A DNA stretch of 64,000 bases. Source: Ancylonema sp. Its lineage: Eukaryota. Of this stretch, positions 12,400-24,600 are shown piece by piece; positions within the stretch are counted from its first letter, which is position 1; every line of letters begins with the position of its first letter. The notes beneath the pieces are model-generated. The model ran no database searches. It had not been told where the DNA came from and saw nothing but the letters and a program-made list of their open reading frames with translations. A program made the position numbers and the translations under genes. The stretch lies in the NCBI GenBank assembly GCA_050230475.1, contig JBFLGF010000226.1, positions 1 through 64,000 of the forward strand, in the 5' to 3' direction.

Positions 12400-14337
12400 C
12401 AATAAGCCTTAGTGCGCGCCAATTTCGGTGCGCATATCGGCAACCATTGCATTTCCTTGCTTTGGATAGTAGTCTCCGAAAAGTGTCTACCTTCGGATCG
12501 CAACATCCAGCATATATTAGTAATATGAATGTCCTGGTCCCGGAATCATACCGGTAGATTGGCCAGAGGTTCTCCTCAAAGCATAAATTGGAGATTTCAT
12601 TCACCGAATTCTGAGCAATCAGAAATTGATTTCGCTGACTATCAACTAGATTTCAGCGCGCTCTACGAAAGCCTCAGACGTGCAAATCAGATTCCGCGCG
12701 TCTTCCCTGAACTCGCAAAAGCCAACCTTGCCGCATAACGTCCCTTTCCTTCGGGTGAACAATTTGTACCCGCTGCTACCATCCATGTTGGCGCTGTTTA
12801 TCAATCAGACGACACTGACAACGAGGCCGGCATGACGGACGCCCGTCCACCCAAGTATAACGGAGAGCTTGGCAAGCAACAAGATGCTTTCTTCGACCAT
12901 TCGCGCACACATTTCCGTCGCATGTGTCTGCAAAAGGACCGGGTCCTCCATTCTTTCGAAGGTTACGGTCAATTGGAGTTTTTGGATGTAGATCTGCGCG
13001 ACTACCGTGGCCCGGACGCGCTAGAGGTCCTGACTACTTTTCTCGAGGACGCCGTTCTCATCCCTCTAGCATCCGGCCCTGAACGAGTTGCAGCACAGGA
13101 AGTGGCAGCCGCGTGTACGGCCTCACGAGATTTCCGTGCAGATTGGTTGGAAGCAGCCCGAGGAGCTAAACCCAATGTACGACTAGCACCTTAGCCAGCG
13201 GACATGGAGGATTTCTTTGCTGCGCTTCGCCGACGCTTCATGGCTAATTGCGGGCAAGCGTATTGCGATTTGATGAACTGCAGCTTGATGCCGAGAGATA
13301 CGGTGCACAACCAGTTTGTGCGGCTGGAGTCCCTTGCCAAACCTACGGAAGACGGAGGCATGACGTAGCCATCAGACAACGCGATTCGCTACTGCCACTT
13401 CCTCCCTGACCCACCCAAGACAGTGATGAGACCACACTACGAGAAGGAACAGCAGCGACGTTGGGAAGCAGTGCCGCGCCTCCCTCTTATGACGCGACAA
13501 GAGATCAGGGATATGGCCCAAAAGGCGGAGAAGAGAGACCAAGAAACGAGTGCCCAATACCGAAACCTCGGATTGGATCCCACCTCGCGTGGAAGGTATC
13601 TGCAGCCTACACCAAGAAAGGCGTCTCCGAGCCTTGGCTATTCCCCTCACCCTGGCTTCCAAACTGATGTACCAGTCCTTCCCGCGCCCCAGACACCTGC
13701 CCTGAACAGTCGTATCTGTCACACCTGTGGCCAGCCGGGGCATGTGAAGTCCAACTGTCCACATCGCGCGGGAGGACAACATCCCATACAACCTCTGGTG
13801 GTTCAGCCAGCGATGCCCAAGACAGCGACGCCTACAGCACCTGCAGCACCCAGAGCAGCCAGCGGCCGCTGGACCATCACCAACCAAGACCGCACCCCCA
13901 ACGCACAGTGTGCACATTGTCTGAAGATGCACCACACGGAGGAGCAGTGCATAGCAAAGAAGAAGGGTGTACCTCGAGCGAGCCCCGTTCCGTTCCCTCG
14001 CTACACCTCTGGACAACATCTGCAACAGGTTGAGGAACAGGGACCGGAGGGGTCCACTTCTCAGGAGCCAGAGCAGCAGCCAGGACCACAGCAGCAGCAG
14101 CAGCCTTCTGCCCAACAACCACACCAGGCGCCCCACCATCCAGCCTACAACGCCGGTGCAGAATACTACGAGTACCAAGGTGAAGAAGGGTACCACGAGA
14201 TGCAAAATGCGCAGCTGCCGCAGACTTCTTTCCGAGTCCATGCAGGAGGTAGGAGGCATTTACAACGACGCAAGTCCGTGCAAACTCACAATTTCTTTGC
14301 TATTGTAATCAAGCAGTACAGACTGACACGCAAATAG
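12400..14337 (+). mobile_element. Truncated gag region of an LTR element related to the 21.7-26.3 kb element
   Basis: ORFs 12832-13194 and 13423-14337 lie in one frame and are separated by TAG stops. Knuckles CHTCGQPGHVKSNC and CAHCLKMHHTEEQC. RWTITNQDR matches RWTLTVADR at ~23047, and the leader motif TTGCTTTGGATAGT is shared. Confidence 0.7.
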
Positions 14338-14412
14338 GTGCTCGCTGACCAAGAGCTATAGGTGTTCTTACTGTACAATTGTATCGCATACTCTATACCC
14401 GAGTCAAATTTA

Positions 14413-14511
14413 CCGCAGTGAGAGAGTTGCCGAGTCAAGGCGACGTTCTTGCCGTCGTTTAGGTGATCGTTTACGATCACTGCGGCGAGCCAAGCGAGCC
14501 AAATTCCTTAG
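14413..14511. repeat. Dispersed 99-bp hairpin-rich repeat, copy 1
   Basis: About 93/99 identical to 53571-53669. Both copies are preceded by ATTGTATCGCATACTCT. Confidence 0.8.
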
Positions 14512-15959
14512 TTAGGGCATGCCCATTACACTTACAAAGTCATCAATATCGACATTCATCAATTCATGTCGATGCACTACGTTATTATGTACATACATCA
14601 ACTGATTACGTCATCAACGACCCTTTACCCTCTCGATCCCATCTGGAAGGTCATCCGAGCCGGCTCGTAGCTACGACCCGCCAGGGAAAAACGAATCATC
14701 GAAATGCGACTAAGTACGAATAATGACGTGCCAAGCAGGTAATTAGTTACTTCGGGCAGTAAATTCATAGCGAACAATAGCGAATACTATTTTGATGGTC
14801 TACCAGTGAGATTGTGTCCGTCGGATCTGGTTTTGTTTTGGCATCTTATAATTTATGTAGCGATTTCTACAGATATTCTGACAACACGGGAATCGGACGG
14901 CGCACCCGTAAGATGCCGAATATCTGATAGATTTTGTAGCACAGACGACAAACAAAACCTACGCATGTCACAACTTGCGATTGAACGGAAGACAATGGTG
15001 GTACGGAGAGATACGATATACGGGAGACGTGTGAAACACACAACGGTATAGTGCGAACGACAAAATGGAATTGAGAACGGGACGGGATAATGATGACGGA
15101 AGACACGAAGTGTAATAAAATAGTATCACGCAAACATAATCCACCGCTTCGTGGGGGACTGGACTACATTTTTTTTCCCCCGTGGGTTTTGATCCGCTCG
15201 CGGATTTTGCGAGCCTGGCTCCGAGCCGGCTCGCAAAATTGCCGGCTCGGGGACCAAATATGGTCATGAGTATAGAACGAGCACTCGTGAGACAAACCAT
15301 GTTGGTTATTGAACATGGAGCGACCCTCTATCGTAGCAAAAGACCTTGCAGTCTGTGTGTATACCACACATTGCTTTCCCACACAACCAGTCCCCAAGAC
15401 CAAGGACGAAACAATTGCACTCCAATTGCCTTTGCGATATTGGCATCAACCTATGCAGCCACAACACATGCATACCAGCACACAAGTCCCAAGCAGACTA
15501 TTTCTATATCCAACCTATTGTAAACAACTCCAAGCTTTTCCATATACCTATGGTACTACTGAACAAGTTATTTCGAAGATGCAGTCCACCTTATAATACA
15601 CCAATCTGTCTAACTAAAAAAACACAATGGGTTGATAAGCCGCCTATGTTGCCAAGTGAGTCTATCATCCCCCAATCTACCTTGTTGTTGCTTGTTTTCG
15701 CCCGGAATGTGACGTCATCAACATTTTTAGTCTTCTTTATGTTCCCTAAAATTCAAGCCTCTACTTCAGTACCTAACAACATCCACTTGTAACAAAATCT
15801 TGCAACCGAATCCTACAAATTCATTTACGCCACCAACACGCCCAACATATAGTGAGCATTCCCTTCTTAGTCCCTGCTCTCGAGCCTAGCTTCTAATCGA
15901 CGCCAACAACCAAAAAAAAAATCTAAAAAAAATCGTGCGACACACGCCAAACAATGCTT

Positions 15960-18900
15960 TCAAGGGCTTGCTTCGTTCTTCTTCCGTTTTCTCCTGTTTG
16001 CCCGTGAAGGCGTGGGATCCGCCACCTCCGCCACCGCCTCCCCCTCATTTATTTGCAGCGCCACCTTGTCCAACTTCCCGTCCAACACTCGCACCGCCTC
16101 TTTCATCGCATACAACGTCGTCTTTTTCACCTGCGCACAAGACAACAACACAAACATTTCGAACTACTTCAGCCCCCTTACCTCCCTGCAGTCCTCCCAT
16201 GCCCCGTGCCTTTAACGAAAACAAGGAGCATGAGCTATAAAGTACATGCTATACAATAAGCTAGAAGCTATAAGCTACAAGCTTTATGGTATAAGCTATA
16301 AGCTATAAGCTATAACCTTTATCACCTATATCATCTATAAGGCTATAAGGCTGTAACGTATATAAGCTTGAGATTGGTTTACCTCTAATTTGTCTTCCTT
16401 GGCGCGATGCCCCCCTGGCAGCACCCGGAACTCCTCCGTCAGCTTCACGCACTGCTCAATGTTCTCCGGCGATATAAAGTCCAGCGCCACTTTGATGCAC
16501 GACTTCAAATTCCGCACCTGGTGCGGGCCCGCCGCGGGGATGAACACCGCCTCCCCCTTGTACTGCTGGAACGTCCACGGCTCCACCCCCTTCTCTTCCT
16601 TCAGCCTCCGCTTGTGGTGCTGCGAGAGGTAGACCACCTGGTCGTGCACGGGGTCGAACACCTCTTCAATGGCCTGCTGGGCCGTGTGGAAGAACTCCGT
16701 CTTGTGTTCGCGGAGGTACTCCTTGAGAGCAGCCACGTCTTCGCGACGGAATATGTCCCAAACCGCACCCCCGAACTCCCCTCCCTTCTTCCCTTCTCCC
16801 TTGGCCTTGGCCTCCTTCCCTTCCTTCCCCCTCCCACCCTCCTCTTCCTCCCCCTCCTCCTCCTCTCCCCCCTCCCCCTCCTCCTCCTCCTCCTCCTCCT
16901 CCTCCTCCCTCTCCTCCTCTGCATTTGAAGCTTTCATTTTCCGCTTTGTCGATTGAGCAGGCCTCACGAGGCCTTCTCCTTGCGCCTCTTTCTTTTCAGT
17001 GGGAAATGAAGGAGGTGCCTCTGTTGATGTCTCCTGGGCTGCTGGTGCACTCTCCAGGGCCGTCACCGTCTCTGCTGCCTCCACCTGATCTCCCTCCCCA
17101 GGTGCCACACTGGCCCCAGTTCTCTCTCCAGTGTTACCAGGTTCTGTTGTTTCCACCTGGTCCTCATCCCGTTTTTCAACCTCCATCATAGGCATTGGCT
17201 CCCTGGCAGCAGCACAATCCTGAGCAGCACCCTCCGTGTCTTTCACCTGAGGTTGAGGTTCAGAATGAGTACCCGCCGCTGCACCCTCCGCCTCTTCTTC
17301 AACACCTGCATTCATTCCCTCAGAAACCTTGCCAGACCACCCCCCACTGGACTCCCTGCCGCCATCTGCTGCTGTTGTTTCCACCTGCAGTGCTGCTGCA
17401 TCTGCCCCCTCGGTTTCTGCTGCCGTCACCTGCTGCTCCCCCTGCTCCCCCCCTCCCCCATTCTCCTCCCTCCCCGTCTCCACCCCAGCTGCCTCCCCTC
17501 CTGATGCCTCCTGTCCCTCCTTCCCCTCCTCGCCCCCTCCCTCTCCCCCCCCTCCCTTCCTCCTCCCTCTCCCCCTCCCCTTCCCCTTCCTCCCCCCCCA
17601 CCCCCCCACCTTCTCCCTTTGCCCCTCCTTGAACCCGTCCCTAATCTCCTGCAGCCCAACCCCCTCCTTCATGAGCCTCACGGTCCTGTCCACCACCCTC
17701 CCCTGCCACCCCTCCAGGGGCACGTGGTGGGTGTGCGTCAGAACGTTGACCGCGTCAGACATGTCGCAGTGCAGCTTCGTCACGCTGTCTCCCCAAAGGA
17801 GCTCCCTGTGACACCCGTACGCGATGTACGTCTTGGGGCCCAGGTCCGGCTTCAGGGCGCCAGGTGGCAGCTTGGTGGCGATGTTCAGCACGCCCCGGGT
17901 GGGGTGGGTGTACTCGTGGACCGGCAAACAGTTTACGAATTCCGCCCCGTGACGTGGCAGGCGCTGGTTGAAGAAGTTCCCGGGCGGCCAGTCCTTGAGC
18001 TTCAGCATCTCGGGGAAGCCCTGGATGCCCCGCACGTGCATGCGCCCCACCTGGTACCCCTTGAAGAAGTCCGAGGTTTTGGGTTCCACTTCGCACCAGT
18101 CCAGGCAGTCGATGGCCACTACCGACTGCGCCTCCTGCATGCTGGCCGTCTTTTTGCCCTGCTCTCGAAATGCGCGGAACATCACGTTGGGCTCCCAGCT
18201 GATCCCGTCCCTGGCAGCCAAAACGTTGCGCACGATCACCGGCTGCCCTCTCGCCCAGTGGCCCTGGAAGTGCTCCAGGGCCCTGTCGTCCTCCGCCAGC
18301 TGGCGGGCGCTTGGGCAGTAGAGGTAGTTGTCGTTCTTGCCTGAGGACACGCGGTTGGCTGCCAGCCGCAGCTCCCGTTTCTCGGAGGCTACTGCCACGG
18401 GATTGGCCGGCACCGATACGGGGGCCTTGGCGTCTTCCTTGCGTGCTGAGCTGGCGACCAGCGACTCCTCTCCATGCCCAGTTGCCGCCAGTACCGCGTC
18501 GACACCTGTCACCTTGCCCTCTGCCAGCCTGGAGGCCTCGGCCTCCAGGTCAGCAATGGACGTGGCACACGTCTCGCACTCGCACTCCCCTCCCCTAGCC
18601 CCCCCAGCCCCCCCCTCCTCCCCCCCCCCCTCCCCCACCAGCCTCACGGTTGCTTCCACCAGGGAGCTCAGCGTCTCTTTCCCAAACACGGAGCGCAGCC
18701 CCAACAGGCCCTGGGCGCACCCACCCTTGGAGGTGGGGGGGCAGGGGATGCTACCGTCCTCCAGGGCCTTCCAGCCCCCCTCCTCGCCCCCAGCCTCCCC
18801 ACCCCCCTCCCTCAGTTCCCTGCAGCAGTCCAGGCAGAGCTCGAAGTGGCAGGAAGAGCAGCTTCGGTGGTAGTCCACCAGGGACGTCATGCACTTATCA

Positions 18901-20754
18901 CTGCACCCAGGAAACCCCTGCGTACAGTCAAACCTCTATACAGGCCATTCTGTACCGGCACACCCCCTGTAAGGACACCAGAAACTGGCACCCGGGAGTC
19001 ATGAATCCTTCTGATTGCACCCTCCGTAAAAGCACACACACTGTACAGGCACAGGTATCCAAATATCAAACATCCCGAACAGAAAGGAGTGCCTATAGAG
19101 AGGTTTTGCCATGTGGTGGGTGGACGTACCAGTAGATTCTCTCGCTGTTCTTCAGCGTGGTTTGAGGCACCTCCACGTCATCGCTCCCCTCAATCTCCAC
19201 CTCCTTCTGCTGCTCCTCGTGGATGTGCATCAGAAACGGTCGGCCGTGCGTCAGAAGACGACGCATGTGCTCCCTCAGCCTCTCGCCACTCAGCTGACGC
19301 GCACTCTGAGATACGGAGAAACAACAACGGGTGGAGGGCACTCAGTTTGCTTGCCTGGCGACGACATCCCAGCCTCGAATGTACAGAGAGTCTGCAAAGC
19401 GAAAGAAAGCAAGGAAGCGTCACTCACATATTCTTCTTTCACCCGCCCCGAGCTCAAGCACCCCTTGCAGTTGCAGTTCCCCCGACACCGGAAGCAGAGC
19501 GACTCCACGTCATCATAGCTGTACCCCTCATACCTGCACAAGGCACTCGTTCAGATCCGTTTAGCCATACATCACAAGATGCCCCGGATCCATAACATCC
19601 ATTCCTCCATTATTTTTGCCTCACCATTTGTCGATGCAGTCCCTGCAGTACGAGCTGTACTTGTTCTTGGACAAACAGGTTTTGCACGTCACCGACCCTC
19701 TCTCCTTCCTGCTGCTCATGCACTGGTGGCACATGTTGTGCTTCCAGTCACGAGCCACAGGAGCCTTGCCACTGTATCTCCTGCCAGGAGGACCGGCAGC
19801 TGGCACGACCGCATTGGACGTCCCTTCTGCTTCATCTCCACCGTTCCCATCCTCCTCTCTGTCTCCATTCTCCTCCTTGGCTCTTTTTTCCCCTGTACCT
19901 GCTGCCCCTGCCCCCTCAGATTCCATCTTCCTTTTTCCTTTCCGGTCCACCTCCATCTTCTCCTCCTCCTCCTCCTCCGTCTTCACATCTTTCTTCCCTC
20001 TGCCCTTGGTCCTCACCCCCTTGCGGCTCTTGACTCTTTCTTTCCCGTCCTCCTCGTCCTCCTCCTCCTCCCCCTTGGTAGCGGAAGGAGCCAGTGGAGC
20101 CCGCTTTTGTCCAGATCTGCTCTTGGCATACAGCTCATGAGCTTCGCAAAATCGCGCTTCTTTGCTTGTCTTCCTCCTCCTGCACCGCCAGTCCTTTCCA
20201 TCTGAGCGCGTGCACCTCCACTCATCACTGGGAATCTCCGCCGGGCCAATTTCACTCTTCCTTCCTCCCTTCCTCCCGGAAGGAGGATCCTTCTTCGGTT
20301 CGACTGCTTTCAACTCCTTGTACCTCGGTTTGGCCTTTGGACTCTCAGCTACAGGTTTTTCCTCCACCTTCTCTTCCTCCACCTTCTCTTCCTCTACCTT
20401 CTCTTCCTCTACATTTTCATCCTCCACCTTCTCTTCCTCTACCATCTCTTCCTCTTCCTCCTCGTCCTCCTCTGATTCCTCCTCCTGTAGCATAGCTTTT
20501 AAACCCCTAACAGGCTTTGAAGAAATCTCGCCATTTCTCTGTTTCTGTCCCGAACTTCGACTAGTGGAACTCCTTTGTGCACGTGCGGCCCCTTTGCTAC
20601 TTCCGTTCCGACCTCCACGTGCTGTTACAGCGGAACCAGCTGAGGCAAGACCCTCTTTCTTTTTGAGGAAAATCACATTCGATTCATCATCCGAATCAGG
20701 GTCGTTGTCCTTGTAGGACACCATAGCTTTCCTGCGACGAACACGGTCCAACAT
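15960..20754 (-). CDS. KDM3: KDM3/JHDM2-family JmjC histone H3K9 demethylase (plant JMJ25/IBM1-JMJ29 type: WRC, Cys-rich zinc fingers, JmjC)
   Basis: GT-AG exons that keep frame: 20754-19625, 19533-19428, 19305-19130, 18900-16383, 16130-15960. WRC RCTRSDGKDWRC..FCEAH; CFRCRGNCNCKGC; MLKLKDWPP; DLGPKTYIAYG; Fe ligands LHCDMSD and PHQVRNL; KLEVKK C-terminus. Confidence 0.95.
16232..16350. repeat. Intronic AAGCTAT tandem repeat
   Basis: Repeated (A)AGCTATA units in the last KDM3 intron. Confidence 0.7.
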
Positions 20755-21244
20755 CGCAGAGAACTGCAGGTGCTGATTGGGATTTCAAAAGTCGACTCTC
20801 CCAAGACGCTGCATTACCTTCAGATGCTAAGAAAACACGGTTTATATCAGCGCCACGGGCCGGAGACCAACGTCACGTCACAGAGAATTGCTATTTTGGC
20901 ACAGGAATGGAGCTGAACAGGACCAGGAGATGAGGCTACCAGACGAATACCGTACAGTACCTTTGGCATCTGATCTGGCAACGGCACGTGCCCATAGGCG
21001 CGTGAATTGATTCGGGCATCGGTTCGGTTCGTCCGGGTGGACTGAAAACCACAGCTGGCACCGCTCCGAGCGGAAAAATCCTCGCTCCGAGCGGTGTCCC
21101 GAAAATAGCGGGGCGGAGCCGAAGGACAAAATATATATAAAAAACCGCTGCAATGTGGAGATATGGTCGATGTTGTTCAGAACGGACTTCTTGCAGAGCC
21201 TCGCAGCCAGACGCCATACGCCACACGTCAGATATCATTTATTG

Positions 21245-21335
21245 TCAAAAAGAGAAAAGGAGAAAGAGAAGGAGAAAGAAAAAGAAAATAAAAATAAACA
21301 TAAAAATAAAAAGAACAGGAAAATGAAAAAGAAAC
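21245..21335. repeat. A/G-rich low-complexity hexamer repeat
   Basis: AAAGAG, AAGGAG and AAAAAT units. Confidence 0.7.
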
Positions 21336-21689
21336 AGAATGTTACACGGATGAAGATGGCAAGCGTACTTATTAGTCTTATTATGATTCGAATAATTGTT
21401 GGATTTGGTTTTTAGAGAGATGTACATGATCTGCGAGGTCTTCGGATCCCTTTACCAAAACCAGGAACCTCCATTGTCGTAGCGCTAGGGATCGGTAACT
21501 TATAGCGGGTTCTCCCCCGTTACAGTCGATCGGGTACTGGCATATACGCCCCGACCATAACCAAGTATCTTGCATTCGTTATAGCGGTCTACAAGTCACC
21601 CTTGTAACGCGGGACCGTAAGACGGATGACCCTCCGCTGCCCGTGACATCTGATTGGTCTAGCCAGATTTGATCGTAAACGTTACGACA

Positions 21690-24600
21690 AGTAGTTGGCG
21701 CCGATTTCGCACGTGCGTGGGTGCCTCACCCACTGCACTAGAATAGGGACAGGAAGAGCTTTGCACTCTAAATTTTCTGATAACCTCCCGGAATCTCCAT
21801 CGCTTCCTCGCACGTGTCTTGCTGGCTACGCTTGATAGTGTTGCGCTGCGTTGCGGTAGAGGTTGGCAGGATACCCACTAGCCGAACAGATCGCCAGCTC
21901 ACGGCGCATCAGGGCAACCAAGGGCTCCATTGCTTTGGATAGTTTATCATAAAAGTTGCTTCTATCAGTTAGTTGTGCTTAGGCACGACTCCCACCCGCT
22001 GCGCACATGACTGTTGAATGGAATGGCGACGTAGTGGAGGTGGCCGGCTGGGTCGCAGCTTATCAGACAGTACTTTGGCGTCAAGACCCGAAGGTTCGCG
22101 GTCTGCCCCCCTAGCTGACGAGACAATGACCATATCACCGCTAGCTCCACGGGTGGTACTACCCAGATTACAGATTCTGGACGAAGAATTAGAAGATATG
22201 GGCGACTCCATCGCCCACTACAATGGGGAGATAGGCTCTCACCAAACAAACTTCTTCATTGATGCTCGCGGCCTCTACTACAAATTCGCCATGCGACCTG
22301 CCCGCATCAAGAAAGGCTACGGAAAGATCGAGTTCCTCCTCTACGACTTGGCTCCTTTCCTCGGGCGGGATGCCAGGAAAGTTATGACCAGCCATGTCAA
22401 AGAAAGGACTTCGGTCTTTCCAGCCGGCCATGCGGATCACCAGCGGCAAGCAGCCAGAGTTGCTGCCCGTACCGCATGGATGACCTACCGTCGAGAGGAA
22501 ACAAACCCTCTAGTCCCAGCACATCCTCCTCAGCCTCCTCTGGTCGATGAACCGGACGACGTCGAATCCTTTTTCGTTGCCATCCGTCTACGGTTTATCA
22601 GCGACGTTACTGGAGCCTTCAACAGGCTGCGTAACTTCCAGGCAGACCTAGAGGACTCCGTCTACATGATATTCACCAAGATCGATGAAGATGCCACTGC
22701 TTGTGAGGAGTCTGGACGGACCATCCCGAGAGAGGGTGCGTTGCGGATTTACAACGCCCTATCCAGAGTAGCAAAGATCGAGATAGATCCCGACTACAGA
22801 ACTGAGGAGGCGAGACGACTTGCTGCAGGCTTGTCAGTCATGGGTCGACGAACGTGCCTGCCACAAGTGCGGCAAGACAGGTCATCTGATGCGGCATTAC
22901 CCGTCTAAGCAGGCATCATCTAGAGCTAGCCAATCTCAGGCAGCTCCTAGCAAAAGTGGTCAGCATCAATCTCAGGCGCAGCAGCGGCCTTCTACTTCTG
23001 CAGCCTCGGGAGCTGCAAGGAGTCGTGGATGTGCACCGTTGCAGAGGTGGACTCTAACGGTTGCAGATCGGATACAAGGTGCCAGATACACCTTTTTCCA
23101 CAAGATGCAAAACAACAAGGCTCATTGTTGTAGACTCTACACAGGAGGAGTCCGCAGAGAAAGTAAAGGATCCACCAAACGCATCCAACACTCTTGCGCC
23201 CGACCAAGCTGTGGCAATGGACCAGGATGATCAACTATCACACCAACCAAATCCACCAGTACAACCTTCCCTAGATCCCACAACAACTAAACTGCAAGCT
23301 ACCATCACTTCCCTTCAGAAAAACAAGGAAGAATCATATCAAGCATACGGAGATCTTCTCAAACAACACCACCAACTACGTGACAACATGATCAAACAAC
23401 ATGCGGTCGAAGTAGCAGAAATCCGACAATCATCAACCAAGAGGTGGAGCTACGTATCGCACCTCAAATTTTGCAACAGAAGGCAACTCATGAAAAACAC
23501 ATTGCTAACACCATTCAGCAACGGGAACAAACATCAGGAGAGGTCAGCAGATTGAAACGCAGACTGGAGAAAATAGTTGGTCAATTGACACTACTCCAAC
23601 AAGACATGAAGGCATTGCGCAAAGGGAAAGAGGTCACTATTTGACTGTGACGATGACGCGCATATGGGAGACCCCGATGACACCACCACAGGGGCACATA
23701 CTACACAAGATCACCAACGGGTACCAATATCTCCCACTGATGCACGACCTCTCAACCGCAGAAAAATCCACCAAACAAATCCTCCACTACCTACCGTACC
23801 CAAGGTAGAAGCATACTTGGTCATGCATCCAATGACCACTAGTGAACCCAACGCAACATCTACACCCCAACTTGTCAGGTCGCCACCACTCCACTCGATA
23901 CAACCATCAGTACAACATATCGCACCTAGAGGAAACACCAGCTTGGGACAACTCTTCATAAGAAATATGGAAGCAGAATCTCGCCTACCTGCGCCACGCG
24001 AGGTCACTGCATACCCTCAAGATGACAGGGATCTTATTACTGTGGAAATATCCAGATCTATTATCCGTCAATTCCACAACCAATTCCAAATCACCTCAGC
24101 ATTCGGAGTACCTAGTCTTCAAATTATGATCGACTAAAATCATCCTTGCAACTCTTCAGAAAATCCAATAGGAAGAAATTCAAAGACAAATTTACAAACC
24201 AACCCAACCAGATATCATCAACCATCTGGTGCATGAACATGCACGACAAGGCAGGAAACTACTAGCCAATGGGAGAGCTAGAGCCCAAGCCACCACTCAA
24301 CCATTTCCCATCCCACTCAAATGGAAGGGACGCCGACTCCATGGCACGAAACCTCTTCCTTCTACTATCACCTACATTCGTGAAGAGTGCTCCACCCAAG
24401 GAGTGCACATTTGGATTCCCTGGGCAAACGCAGACCTCACTCCACTCGTGTACAGCCTCAAACAAGGGAAACTCATCAAAGGCGTCACTATCGCCACACG
24501 AGACCTTCACCGCAAAAACATCGTGCGTCAGAAATTGCGCAAATTTCAACTCAGTTACCCGCATCTGTTACCAGACTCTGCCATCAATTTGTGTGACAAT

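Noticed and set aside
13372..14259. 295-aa Leu-rich minus-strand ORF resembling a membrane or env protein
   Set aside because: It is the antisense of the Gln/Pro-rich gag ORF; CAG repeats read as Leu on the other strand.
14413..14511. Hammerhead ribozyme (retrozyme-like)
   Set aside because: No CUGANGA...GAAA core was seen on either strand.
16390..20716. Many plus-strand ORFs over the JmjC gene
   Set aside because: They are antisense shadows of GC-rich, low-complexity coding sequence with no recognisable motifs.
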